Below, piece after piece: positions 9,649 to 18,631 of a stretch of 64,000 bases of DNA. Position numbers and translations under genes: made by a program. The notes below the pieces were generated by a model that was not told where the DNA came from, ran no database searches, and saw nothing but the letters and a program-made list of their open reading frames with translations. The stretch is from Candidatus Komeilibacteria bacterium. Its GTDB lineage: Bacteria > Patescibacteriota > Patescibacteriia > UBA1558 > UBA10009. Where the stretch lies: contig JAUYIT010000017.1 of assembly GCA_030688315.1 (NCBI GenBank), forward strand, positions 2,845 to 66,844, written 5' to 3'. Positions within the stretch are counted from its first letter, which is position 1; every line of letters starts with the position of its first letter.

Positions 9649-9693
9649 GAGCGAGGGAGGAAAGAAAGCAAGCTTTCTTTCCGAGCGAGCGAA
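9649..9693. repeat. GC-rich hairpin element flanked by GAGCGAG / CGAGCGAG motifs (copy A of a REP-like family)
   Basis: gGAGCGAGggagg-[ggaaagaaagc aa gctttctttcc]-GAGCGAGCGaa. The 11-bp stem is a perfect inverted repeat. The composition is GC-rich against an AT-rich background. Confidence 0.55.
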
Positions 9694-9729
9694 TAAATTA
9701 TACCCTGTATAATTTATTAAGTTATTTAC

Positions 9730-10449
9730 ATGAAATTAAGCGTTATTATTCCGGCTTTTAATGAAGAAGAACGCCTGCCAGACACTCTGAACCAAGTTTT
9801 TGGCTATTTGGATAAATCCGGCTTAAGCGGCGAAACGGAGGTACTGGTGATTGATGACGGTAGCATTGACAATACCGCCGCAATCGTCCGGGCACGACAG
9901 GAAAAAAATCTAAAGCTGATCGGCACCGGTCGCAACTTTGGCAAAGGAGCCGCCGTTAGAACCGGAGTACGGCAAGCGCGGGGAGAGGCCGTACTATTTT
10001 TAGATGCCGACTATTCCACCGCTTTGGAGGAACTGGAAAAATTTTTGCCAAAACTGGAGCAGGGTTATGATTTGGTGATCGGCTCGCGCGCCATTCGCGG
10101 TGCTAGGGTTTTAGTCAGCCAGAACCTGATTAAGATTTGGCTGGGCAAAACCGGCAATTTGGGCGTCCGTCTAATTTTGGGTTTAAAGGTTAATGATAGC
10201 CAGTGCGGCTTCAAGCTTTTTTCAACAAAAGCGAAAAAAATATTTCAGGAACAAACCATTAACGGCTGGGGCTTTGATTTTGAACTTTTATATTTAGCTA
10301 AAAAAAGGGGACTGATTGTATTGGAATTGCCCGTTACCTGGGTTAATAACAAGCAATCCAAAGTAAAACCCTTGGATTATTTTAAAACTTTAGGGGAGTT
10401 ATTTAAAATCAAATTTAATGACTTAAGAGGAATTTATGAAAAAAAATAA
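9730..10449 (+). CDS. GT2 polyprenyl-phosphate sugar synthase (dolichyl/undecaprenyl-phosphate mannose/glucose synthase, GtrB/DPM1-like)
   Basis: 239 aa with VIIPAFNEEERL...VIDDGSIDNT...LFLDADYS DxD motifs typical of DPM1/GtrB-type GT2. It follows gtrA. Confidence 0.75.
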   Translation: MKLSVIIPAFNEEERLPDTLNQVFGYLDKSGLSGETEVLVIDDGSIDNTAAIVRARQEKNLKLIGTGRNFGKGAAVRTGVRQARGEAVLFLDADYSTALEELEKFLPKLEQGYDLVIGSRAIRGARVLVSQNLIKIWLGKTGNLGVRLILGLKVNDSQCGFKLFSTKAKKIFQEQTINGWGFDFELLYLAKKRGLIVLELPVTWVNNKQSKVKPLDYFKTLGELFKIKFNDLRGIYEKK

Positions 10450-11470
10450 AGCTAACTTAAACGGACGGAAAAATATTCTGGTTACCGGCGGCGCCGGTTT
10501 TATCGGCAGCCGTTTGTGCGAAGAACTGGTCAGGGAAAATAACGTCATCTGCCTGGATAGCTTAATCACCTCCAGTTTGGAAAATATCCGTTTTTTACTG
10601 CAAAATCCCAATTTTGAATTTATCAAGCATGATTTAAACGAACCGCTTGATTTAAAAACCTTGCCCGAATTAAAAAAGTTCGAGGTGGAAGTGTTCGGGA
10701 TTCAGGAAATTTACAATTTGGCTTGCCCCACTTCAGCCAAAAAATTTGATGAACTAACGGTGCAAACCGCGCTGGCTAATTCCATCCTGATTAAAAATGT
10801 TTTGGATTTGGCTTTGGCCAATGATGCCAAGCTGGTGCACGCCTCCTCGGCCGTGGTTTACGGACCGCGCGAAAGCAATAGTTATGTTAATGAAGCTTTT
10901 CACGGTTCGGTCAAAATTGACGGACCGCGCAGCTGTTACGATGAAGGCAAGCGTTTTGCCGAAGCCATGATCGCCACTTACCGGAACTTCTACAAAAAAC
11001 CTTTTAAGGTTGCCAGAATTTTTAGAACTTACGGACCGCGTTTGGCCTTAAACGACGGGCAGATGATTTCCGATTTTATTTTTAACGCCTTGGATAACAA
11101 AGATCTGGTTATTTACGGCACCGAAAATTTTTCCACCTCTTTATGTTATGTGGACGATGTGGTGGACGGCCTGATTAAGCTGATGAAGAGCGACATGGCC
11201 CAGTCGGTAAATTTGGGCAGCAACGTGGATGTGTTGCTTAAGGATGTGGCGCAAAAAATAATTGACCTGACCGGCTCCACTTCCCAAATCATTTATCAGG
11301 GCGCTTTGGAATTTATCACCCCTCTGCCGTTGCCGGATATTGATTTGGCTAAAGTCAGTTTGGGTTGGTATCCGTTGACCACTTTGGATAAGGGCCTGGA
11401 AAAAACTTTGGAATATACCCGGGCCAACAAGAGAGTTTTGAATGAGCTAGCGAATGGTGAATCTTTGTAA
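10436..11470 (+). CDS. NAD-dependent epimerase/dehydratase, UDP-glucuronate decarboxylase (UXS)-like, divergent
   Basis: 344 aa with TGGAGFIGS, a YxxxK motif and a CYDEGKRFAEAM signature close to the UXS family hallmark (YDEGKR). Confidence 0.55.
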   Translation: MKKNKANLNGRKNILVTGGAGFIGSRLCEELVRENNVICLDSLITSSLENIRFLLQNPNFEFIKHDLNEPLDLKTLPELKKFEVEVFGIQEIYNLACPTSAKKFDELTVQTALANSILIKNVLDLALANDAKLVHASSAVVYGPRESNSYVNEAFHGSVKIDGPRSCYDEGKRFAEAMIATYRNFYKKPFKVARIFRTYGPRLALNDGQMISDFIFNALDNKDLVIYGTENFSTSLCYVDDVVDGLIKLMKSDMAQSVNLGSNVDVLLKDVAQKIIDLTGSTSQIIYQGALEFITPLPLPDIDLAKVSLGWYPLTTLDKGLEKTLEYTRANKRVLNELANGESL

Positions 11471-11507
11471 TTTAAATTATCAATAAAAACATTAATCAGT
11501 AAATTTC

Positions 11508-12668
11508 ATGGGTAAATACATTTTTACATCCGAATCGGTGACCGAAGGCCACCCTGATAAGGTCTGTGACCAGATTTCGGACGCTATTTTAGACGAGTTG
11601 CTAAGGCATGACCCTGAATCACGCGCCGGCATTGAGTGTATTGCTACCACGGGTTTAGTAGTTGTGGCCGGTGAAATTAGAACCAATCATTATGTTGATA
11701 TTGCCGGTATTGCCCGCCAAACCATTAAAGACATTGGTTATAACGGAGCTTCGGCCGGTTTTTCGGCGGAGGATTGCGGGGTGATGGTGGCGATTGATGA
11801 ACAGTCGGCTGATATTGCCCAGGGCGTGGATAAGGGCAAAGGCAAATACAAAGAGCAGGGCGCCGGTGATCAGGGTTTAATGTTCGGATTTGCTTGCCGT
11901 GAAACCAAAGAATTGATGCCGTTGCCGATTATGCTGGCTCATAAAATGGCTAGGCGGTTGGCGGCTGTCCGCAAAAGCGGATTATTAAAATATTTGCGCC
12001 CCGACGGTAAAACCGAAATCGCGGTGGAGTATGAAAATGGCAAGCCCCGCCGGGTTGATACGATTGTAATTGCCGCCCAGCATAACGAAACGGTTTCGGA
12101 AAAAAAAGTTGAACGCGATATTATCAATAAAGTTGTTAAACCGGTTTGCGGCAAATATCTTGATGCCAAAACCAAATTCTTTATTAATGCTACCGGCAAG
12201 TTTATTAAAGGCGGCCCGGTGGCTGATACCGGTTTGACCGGGCGTAAAATTATCGTGGATACTTACGGCGGTTATAGCGCTCACGGCGGCGGTTGTTTTA
12301 GCGGCAAGGATCCTTCAAAAGTTGACCGAAGCGCTTGCTACATGGCCCGCTACGTGGCAAAAAATATTGTGGCCGCGGGTTTAGCCGATAAGTGCGAAGT
12401 TCAGCTGGCTTACGTGATTGGGCGCGCTGAACCCGTTAGCGTGCTGGTTAAGTCATTTGGCACTGGCAAATTGCCGGACGAAAATTTGGAAAAAATAGTC
12501 AGACAGGTTTTTCCTCTAAAACCGGCCGAGATAATCAAACACTTAAAATTGAAGCGGCCGATTTACAAAAAAACCGCGGCTTACGGCCACTTTGGCCGAA
12601 CCGAACCGGAGTTTACCTGGGAAAAAACAGATCTAGTAAGCAAGTTGAAGAAGTATTTGGTTAAATAA
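11508..12668 (+). CDS. metK: S-adenosylmethionine synthetase
   Basis: 386 aa. [24 protein letters not shown] and [16 protein letters not shown] are canonical MetK motifs. Confidence 0.95.
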   Translation: MGKYIFTSESVTEGHPDKVCDQISDAILDELLRHDPESRAGIECIATTGLVVVAGEIRTNHYVDIAGIARQTIKDIGYNGASAGFSAEDCGVMVAIDEQSADIAQGVDKGKGKYKEQGAGDQGLMFGFACRETKELMPLPIMLAHKMARRLAAVRKSGLLKYLRPDGKTEIAVEYENGKPRRVDTIVIAAQHNETVSEKKVERDIINKVVKPVCGKYLDAKTKFFINATGKFIKGGPVADTGLTGRKIIVDTYGGYSAHGGGCFSGKDPSKVDRSACYMARYVAKNIVAAGLADKCEVQLAYVIGRAEPVSVLVKSFGTGKLPDENLEKIVRQVFPLKPAEIIKHLKLKRPIYKKTAAYGHFGRTEPEFTWEKTDLVSKLKKYLVK

Positions 12669-12670
12669 AT

Positions 12671-13585
12671 ATGTCCAAAATTTTGGTCACTGGAGGAGCC
12701 GGGTTTATCGGCTCCCATTTGGTTGACCGCCTAATCGCCAAAAATCATCAGGTGGCTGTGGTTGATAATTTATCCACCGGCAAGCTTAGGTTTGTTAACC
12801 GCCGGGCCAAATTTTACAAGGTCAGCGTGACCAGTCCCAAGTTGAAACAGGTTTTTGGCAAATTTAAACCGGAAATTGTTTTTCATTTGGCCGCCCAAAA
12901 AAGCGTGCCTTTTTCGGTTAATGATCCGCTGGCCGACGCCACTACCAACATCTGGGGTTCCTTAAAAACCATTGAGCAGTCAATTAGGGTGGGGGTAAAA
13001 AAGTTTGTGTTAATTTCCACCGGCGGGGCCATTTACGGTGCCACCAAAATCATGCCGACTCCGGAAATTGTGGCGCCTAAACCTGATTCGCCTTACGGCC
13101 TTAGCAAACTGACCGTGGAAAATTATTTGCTGAATTATTACCAACCGTTGCGCAAGCTTAATTTTGTCAGTTTGCGGCTAGCTAACGTGTTTGGCCCCAG
13201 GCAGGATCCGGACGGTGAAGCCGGCGTGGTGGCGATTTTTGTCAAAAATTTACTGGCCAATAAACAGTGTTTTATCACGGGCAACGGCAAACAAACCAGG
13301 GATTTTGTGTTTGTGGATGATGTGGTTGAGGCCTGCTTAAAATCCATCAGAGCGGGGCAGGGGATTTACAACATCGGCACGGGCAAGGAAACTTCCATCA
13401 AAGTTTTGTATCATTTAATTGCCGGCCTTATTTCCAAGCGCGAACCCAAATTCGTGCCGCCGCGGCCGGGCGATGTTTTCCGCAGTGTTTTAAAAAACGC
13501 TTTAGCCAAACGCGACCTGGGCTGGCAGGCGCAAGTTGAGCTGGTGGACGGTCTTAAAAAAACCATTAAGTATTTTAAAGCATGA
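12671..13585 (+). CDS. UDP-glucose 4-epimerase-like NAD-dependent epimerase
   Basis: 304 aa with TGGAGFIGSHLVDRL, a SPYGLSK YxxxK motif and a GalE-like short extended-SDR fold. Confidence 0.65.
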   Translation: MSKILVTGGAGFIGSHLVDRLIAKNHQVAVVDNLSTGKLRFVNRRAKFYKVSVTSPKLKQVFGKFKPEIVFHLAAQKSVPFSVNDPLADATTNIWGSLKTIEQSIRVGVKKFVLISTGGAIYGATKIMPTPEIVAPKPDSPYGLSKLTVENYLLNYYQPLRKLNFVSLRLANVFGPRQDPDGEAGVVAIFVKNLLANKQCFITGNGKQTRDFVFVDDVVEACLKSIRAGQGIYNIGTGKETSIKVLYHLIAGLISKREPKFVPPRPGDVFRSVLKNALAKRDLGWQAQVELVDGLKKTIKYFKA

Positions 13586-15132
13586 AGATTTTAGTTACCG
13601 GCGCCGCCGGTTTTATCGGTTCTCATTTGGTTGATTTTTTATTGAATCAAGGTCACGAAGTAATTGGCCTGGATAATTTTTTTAGCGGCAAAAAGGAAAA
13701 CATCGCCCACAATCTTAGCAACTCCAAATTTAAATTCATCAAACATGACGTGACCCTGCCGTTAAAGATAAAGTTCGGCCACCTCGACAGAATATACAAT
13801 CTGGCCTGCCCGGCTTCGCCCGTGCAGTACCAGTTTGATCCGGTTAAAACCCTTAACACCAGCGTTTTAGGCACGCAAAATATGCTGGAATTGGCGCGTT
13901 TAACCGGCGCTCGGTTGTTGCAGGCCTCAACTTCCGAAGTTTACGGCGATCCGTTGGAGCATCCGCAAACGGAATCTTATTGGGGCAACGTGGATCCGCT
14001 GGGCGAGCGGGCGTGTTACGATGAAGGTAAGCGCGCGGCCGAGGCCTTATGCAAGGATTATCACAAACAATATGGAGTTGACGCGCGAATAATCAGAATC
14101 TTTAACGTCTATGGGCCGCGCATGATGTTCAATGACGGCCGCGTTGTTTCCAACTTTTTATTGCAAGCTCTGCTTGATGAAGATATTACGGTTCACGGCA
14201 CGGGCGGGCAAACCAGAAGTTTTTGCTATGTGGAAGATTTTATTAAAGCAATGACCGGCTGGATGGAACACGTTACCGATTATCTGCCGGTTAACATCGG
14301 TAATCCCGAGGAGCAGTCCATGCTGACATTGGCTGAAACTATTAAGCAGGCCACCCATTCCAAAAGCCGGCTGGTTTTTATTCCTTACCAACAGCTTGCC
14401 GGCCGGCAGGGCGATGTTAAGCAAAGACGAGCTGATATTTCCAGAATAAAAAAAGAATTAAATTGGCAGCCGACCACGGTTTTTGCCGAGGGGCTTAAAA
14501 AAACCATCGCGGATTTTAAACAGCGCCTCAACAATAAACCTCACATTTTGGTTTTTGCCCCGGCCTATCTGCCGTTTAAAGGCCCGGCCGAAGAAACAGT
14601 GGCGGAAATAATTAAAAGATTGCCGGGCTATGAATTTGATATTATCACGGCCAAGCTCGATAAAAAGTTAAAGGATCAAGAGCATTACGATAACGTCCAT
14701 ATTTACCGTTTGGGAGCGGGCTCTGCCGTTGATAAATATCTGCTGCCCTTAAGAGCGGTCAGCTTGGCCAAAAAACTTCATCGCCAAAATAGTTACCAGC
14801 TTTCTTGGGCGATTATGGCTAGCTATGGCGCGGTCGCGGCTTCCTTGTTTTCTTCATTTAACAAGCGCGTGCCGTTTTTACTTAGCGTTTATGAAGGCGA
14901 TTTGACTGCTAAAATGACCAGCCGAGGCAGGTTGTTAAGCCCGGTCTATAAAATGATTTTCAGCAAGGCGCATCGCTGGCAGTTAATCGCCAAGATGAAC
15001 CAACAACAGCGCGCCTGGCTGGAAAACGAACGCCGCGTTCAGGTGGTGCAATTTGAAAAAGATTTTGATTTGCTGGCCAAAAGAACCAAGGAAATGTTTC
15101 AGGAGCTGGAAATTTTATCCGCCAGAATTTAA
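13582..15132 (+). CDS. UDP-glucuronate decarboxylase (UXS) fused in frame to an N-terminal GT4 Rossmann half-domain
   Basis: Residues 1-315 are a canonical UXS (YNLACPASPVQY, ACYDEGKRAAEAL). Residues from about 320 to 516 are homologous to the N-terminal half of the next gene (PGYEFDIITAKL vs PGYEFDLICARL; SWAIMASYGAVAAS vs VWAIMASYGGFAAL) and lack the C-terminal catalytic domain. Confidence 0.7.
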   Translation: MKILVTGAAGFIGSHLVDFLLNQGHEVIGLDNFFSGKKENIAHNLSNSKFKFIKHDVTLPLKIKFGHLDRIYNLACPASPVQYQFDPVKTLNTSVLGTQNMLELARLTGARLLQASTSEVYGDPLEHPQTESYWGNVDPLGERACYDEGKRAAEALCKDYHKQYGVDARIIRIFNVYGPRMMFNDGRVVSNFLLQALLDEDITVHGTGGQTRSFCYVEDFIKAMTGWMEHVTDYLPVNIGNPEEQSMLTLAETIKQATHSKSRLVFIPYQQLAGRQGDVKQRRADISRIKKELNWQPTTVFAEGLKKTIADFKQRLNNKPHILVFAPAYLPFKGPAEETVAEIIKRLPGYEFDIITAKLDKKLKDQEHYDNVHIYRLGAGSAVDKYLLPLRAVSLAKKLHRQNSYQLSWAIMASYGAVAASLFSSFNKRVPFLLSVYEGDLTAKMTSRGRLLSPVYKMIFSKAHRWQLIAKMNQQQRAWLENERRVQVVQFEKDFDLLAKRTKEMFQELEILSARI

Positions 15133-15144
15133 ATTTATTTTGCC

Positions 15145-16284
15145 ATGAAACGAATTTTGATTTTTGCCACTGCCTATTACCCTCACGTGGGGGGAGCGGA
15201 AGTGGCGGTTAAGGAAATTACCGACCGTTTGCCGGGTTATGAATTTGATTTGATCTGCGCCCGATTGGAAAAAAATTTGCCTCAACAGGAAAAAATCGGC
15301 CAGGTCAATGTTTTTAGAGTGGGCTGGGGCCTGCCTCAAATTGATAAAATTTATTTGGCTGTTTGCGGCTATTGGCTGGGCTTAAAACTTCAGCGCCAAA
15401 AAAAATATGATTTGGTTTGGGCGATTATGGCCAGTTATGGCGGTTTTGCCGCCTTGGCCTTTAAACTTAAAACAGGGGTCAAATATTTACTGACTTTACA
15501 GGAGGGCGATTTTAATTTAAAAACCAAGCGCAAAATTTGGCTGGTCAAAAAAAAATTCGCCAACATTTTCAGCCAAGCCGACGGCTTGCAAGCCATCAGC
15601 AATTATTTATTGAACTGGGGTACAGCCATGGGTTTTAAGGGCCTAGCCGAAGTGGTGCCCAACGGCGTGGACGTAAAAAATTTTACCAAAGTTTATGAGC
15701 AGTCGGAATTAAAAAAAGTTAGAGATAGTTGGGGTTTTGATCGGTCAGCGATCATTTTAGTCAGCGCCTCCCGCTTGGTATTAAAAAACGGCCTAGCTGA
15801 CCTGATTAAGGCCCTGCCGTTGCTTCCGGAAAATTTTTGTCTGGTGTTGATCGGTGAAGGCCGGTTAGAAAAAAATTTACGTCAATTGGCCGATAATTTA
15901 GGATTATCTTCACGAATTTATTTTGCCGGTTATCATGATCATCAGGAACTGCCGCGCTTGCTGGCCGCCGCCGATATATTTATTAGGCCATCGTTAAGCG
16001 AGGGCTTGGGCAACGCATTTTTGGAAGCGATGGCTACGCGTTTGCCCACCATCGGAACTTTGGTTGGCGGCATCCCGGATTTTTTGACGGATGGCCAAAC
16101 CGGATTGGTTTGCGAACCGGGTAATCCGCAAAGCATCAGCCAAGCGATTGTTAAAGCGTCCAAATTGTCTGTTCAGGAAAAACAAGCGCTTCATCAAAAC
16201 GCCATGGCGTTGATTGAAAAAAAATACAATTGGGAGTATATTGCTGGTAGAATGGATGCTATTTTTAAGGGTTTAACCGCTTAA
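15145..16284 (+). CDS. GT4 glycosyltransferase
   Basis: 379 aa. The C-terminal EGLGNAFLEAMATRLPTIGTLVGG E-x7-E motif marks a GT4/GT-B retaining fold. Confidence 0.8.
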   Translation: MKRILIFATAYYPHVGGAEVAVKEITDRLPGYEFDLICARLEKNLPQQEKIGQVNVFRVGWGLPQIDKIYLAVCGYWLGLKLQRQKKYDLVWAIMASYGGFAALAFKLKTGVKYLLTLQEGDFNLKTKRKIWLVKKKFANIFSQADGLQAISNYLLNWGTAMGFKGLAEVVPNGVDVKNFTKVYEQSELKKVRDSWGFDRSAIILVSASRLVLKNGLADLIKALPLLPENFCLVLIGEGRLEKNLRQLADNLGLSSRIYFAGYHDHQELPRLLAAADIFIRPSLSEGLGNAFLEAMATRLPTIGTLVGGIPDFLTDGQTGLVCEPGNPQSISQAIVKASKLSVQEKQALHQNAMALIEKKYNWEYIAGRMDAIFKGLTA

Positions 16285-16298
16285 TTTTAATTTATATT

Positions 16299-17588
16299 AT
16301 GAAGATTACTATTGTTGGCACGGGTTATGTGGGTTTGGTTTCGGCCGTTGGTTTGGCCGAACTGGGGCACCGGGTTTTTTGCGTTGATACCGATCCTCAA
16401 AAAATTGAAATTTTAAAAAGCGGTCGGGCAACCTTTTATGAACCGGGTTTGGATAAGCTTTTAAAAAAGAATTTAGCCAATCGTCGTTTAAGCTTTACCG
16501 TTAGTTTAGCGCAAGTTATTGATCAGTCTGAAATTATTTTTATCTGCGTGGGCACGCCGCCCCAGCCCGACGGCAGTGCCGATTTAACTTACGTTAAACA
16601 GGTGGCAGCCAGCATTCAAACTTTATCCAAGCAGGGCAAAATAGTGGTTACCAAAAGCACCGTGCCCATCGGCACCGGCGCCATGCTGGAGCAGATTTTA
16701 AATAAAAAACCCGGCCGGGTTTTTGAAGCCGTTTCCTGTCCGGAATTTTTGCGTGAAGGCCAGGCCGTTTATGATTTTTTTCATCCGGATCGAATCGTAG
16801 TGGGCGCCGATAAGCAGTCAGTCGGCTTTAAGGTAATAAATTTATTTAGCGCGGTTAAAACCCATAAAATGGTCACCAGTCGTGAAACCGCTGAACTCAT
16901 CAAATACGCGGCCAACGCCTTTTTGGCCACCAAGATTTCCTTTATCAACGAAATCAGCAATGTCTGCGAAAAAACCGGCGCCGACGTGGAAGAAGTAGCC
17001 AAAGGTATGGGTCTGGATAAACGTATTAATCCATATTTTTTAAAAGCGGGTATCGGCTATGGCGGCAGTTGTTTTCCTAAAGACGTGCGAGCTCTCCGTC
17101 AGTTATCCGGCGGTAATGGTTACAACTTCCGTTTGTTAAAGGCGGTTATTGAAGTAAATAACAAACAGCGTCAGTTGTTTTTTGAAAAAATCAAAAAAGT
17201 TTTGGGTTCGCTGGAAGGCAAAAAAATCGGGGTTTTGGGCTTGGCGTTTAAAGGCAACACCGATGACGTACGGGAATCGGCCGCCGTTGATTTGATTAAA
17301 AAGCTGGTTAAAGCCAAAGCCAAGGTCAGCTGTTTTGATCCGCAAGCCGTGGCTAACGCCCGTTTGGTGTTAAACGGCCGGATCCGTTATTGCGCTAACG
17401 CTTATGAAACCATGGAGCAGGCCGACGCCCTAATTATCGCCACTGAATGGCCGCAGTTTGCCAAATTGGATTTTAAAAAAGTCAAAAAATTATTACGCCA
17501 GCCGATTATTTTTGATGGCAAGAACCTATTAAATCATCAACTAATTAAAAAAGCCGGCTTTTCATATTATTCCGTCGGCCGCAGCTAA
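16299..17588 (+). CDS. ugd: UDP-glucose 6-dehydrogenase
   Basis: 429 aa with GTGYVGLVSAVGLAELGH N-terminal NAD motif and the catalytic GGSCFPKDV cysteine motif. Confidence 0.9.
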   Translation: MKITIVGTGYVGLVSAVGLAELGHRVFCVDTDPQKIEILKSGRATFYEPGLDKLLKKNLANRRLSFTVSLAQVIDQSEIIFICVGTPPQPDGSADLTYVKQVAASIQTLSKQGKIVVTKSTVPIGTGAMLEQILNKKPGRVFEAVSCPEFLREGQAVYDFFHPDRIVVGADKQSVGFKVINLFSAVKTHKMVTSRETAELIKYAANAFLATKISFINEISNVCEKTGADVEEVAKGMGLDKRINPYFLKAGIGYGGSCFPKDVRALRQLSGGNGYNFRLLKAVIEVNNKQRQLFFEKIKKVLGSLEGKKIGVLGLAFKGNTDDVRESAAVDLIKKLVKAKAKVSCFDPQAVANARLVLNGRIRYCANAYETMEQADALIIATEWPQFAKLDFKKVKKLLRQPIIFDGKNLLNHQLIKKAGFSYYSVGRS

Positions 17589-17592
17589 AAAT

Positions 17593-17967
17593 ATGAATAA
17601 TCAAACAATGTCAAAATTTGAGGATATTATTATTCCTGGCCCCGTTAAGGCAGAAACGGAGCATTTGCCTGTGCTGGAAATAACCCCGGCCATGCGTGAG
17701 ACGTTTACCGATCTTCGAAATAAATTTTATGAGATGAGTAGCGGATACCAACTGCAAAATGATTTAAGTTTTAGCGGACGATGTTCTGATTTTAAACATA
17801 AGATATACGGCGAGTTCGGCATGGACGCTATGACCAATTGCTATTTGAGCCATATTTTTGGCAGTACCGTGCCCGAAGAACTGCTTAACCGTTATGATTT
17901 TGAAGGCGGATGTTCAGTTGAATCCTTTATCAATCAGGAATACGAGAGGTTTAAAAACAAGTTATAA
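17593..17967 (+). CDS. hypothetical soluble protein with four Cys
   Basis: 124 aa with no TM helix, tightly packed between ugd and a GT2 gene. No recognisable family. Confidence 0.35.
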   Translation: MNNQTMSKFEDIIIPGPVKAETEHLPVLEITPAMRETFTDLRNKFYEMSSGYQLQNDLSFSGRCSDFKHKIYGEFGMDAMTNCYLSHIFGSTVPEELLNRYDFEGGCSVESFINQEYERFKNKL

Positions 17968-18629
17968 TGAATAATGTTTTTATTATCATTCCGTGTTATA
18001 ACGAAGCCGAACATTTGGCTAAAGTGATTGAATCGGTTAAACCGTACGGCCGGGTAGTAGTGGTTGACGACGGTTCAACTGACAATTCTTTTCAAATTGC
18101 CGTAAGTAGCGGCACCCTGGTTTTAAAACATCTGGTCAACCGCGGCATGGGCGCGGCTTTGGAAACAGGGGACAGGCTTGCCCGTAGCCAGGGTGCCGAG
18201 ATTGTGGTTCATTTTGACGCCGACGGCCAGCATGTGGCCGAAGAAATCCCACTGTTGATTCAGCCGATAGTCAATAACGAGGCAGACGCGGTTTTGGGTT
18301 CCAGATTTTTAAAGCCCACCAGCGCCATACCGTTTTTTAAAAAGCATTTTATTTTAAAACCCGCTGTGTTTTTTCAGAATTCCATGTTGGGCGTTAAACT
18401 GACCGACGCGCACAACGGTTTTAGGGCCTTATCCTGTCATGCTTTGGAAAAAATCAGGATTACCCAAGACGGCATGGCCCATGCTACCGAAATTATCGAG
18501 CAGATTAAAACCAATAATTTAACTTATCAGGAAGTTCCGGTAACCGTTATTTACCACGAATTCGGCCAAGGATTTTTATCGGGCTTGAAGATTTTAAAGG
18601 ATTTGATTTTTGGTAAAATAAATAAATAA
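17967..18629 (+). CDS. GT2 glycosyltransferase (small, DPM1/DPG-synthase-like)
   Basis: 220 aa with IIIPCYNEAEHL...VVVVDDGSTDNS...HFDADGQH motifs. Confidence 0.75.
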   Translation: MNNVFIIIPCYNEAEHLAKVIESVKPYGRVVVVDDGSTDNSFQIAVSSGTLVLKHLVNRGMGAALETGDRLARSQGAEIVVHFDADGQHVAEEIPLLIQPIVNNEADAVLGSRFLKPTSAIPFFKKHFILKPAVFFQNSMLGVKLTDAHNGFRALSCHALEKIRITQDGMAHATEIIEQIKTNNLTYQEVPVTVIYHEFGQGFLSGLKILKDLIFGKINK

Positions 18630-18631
18630 CT

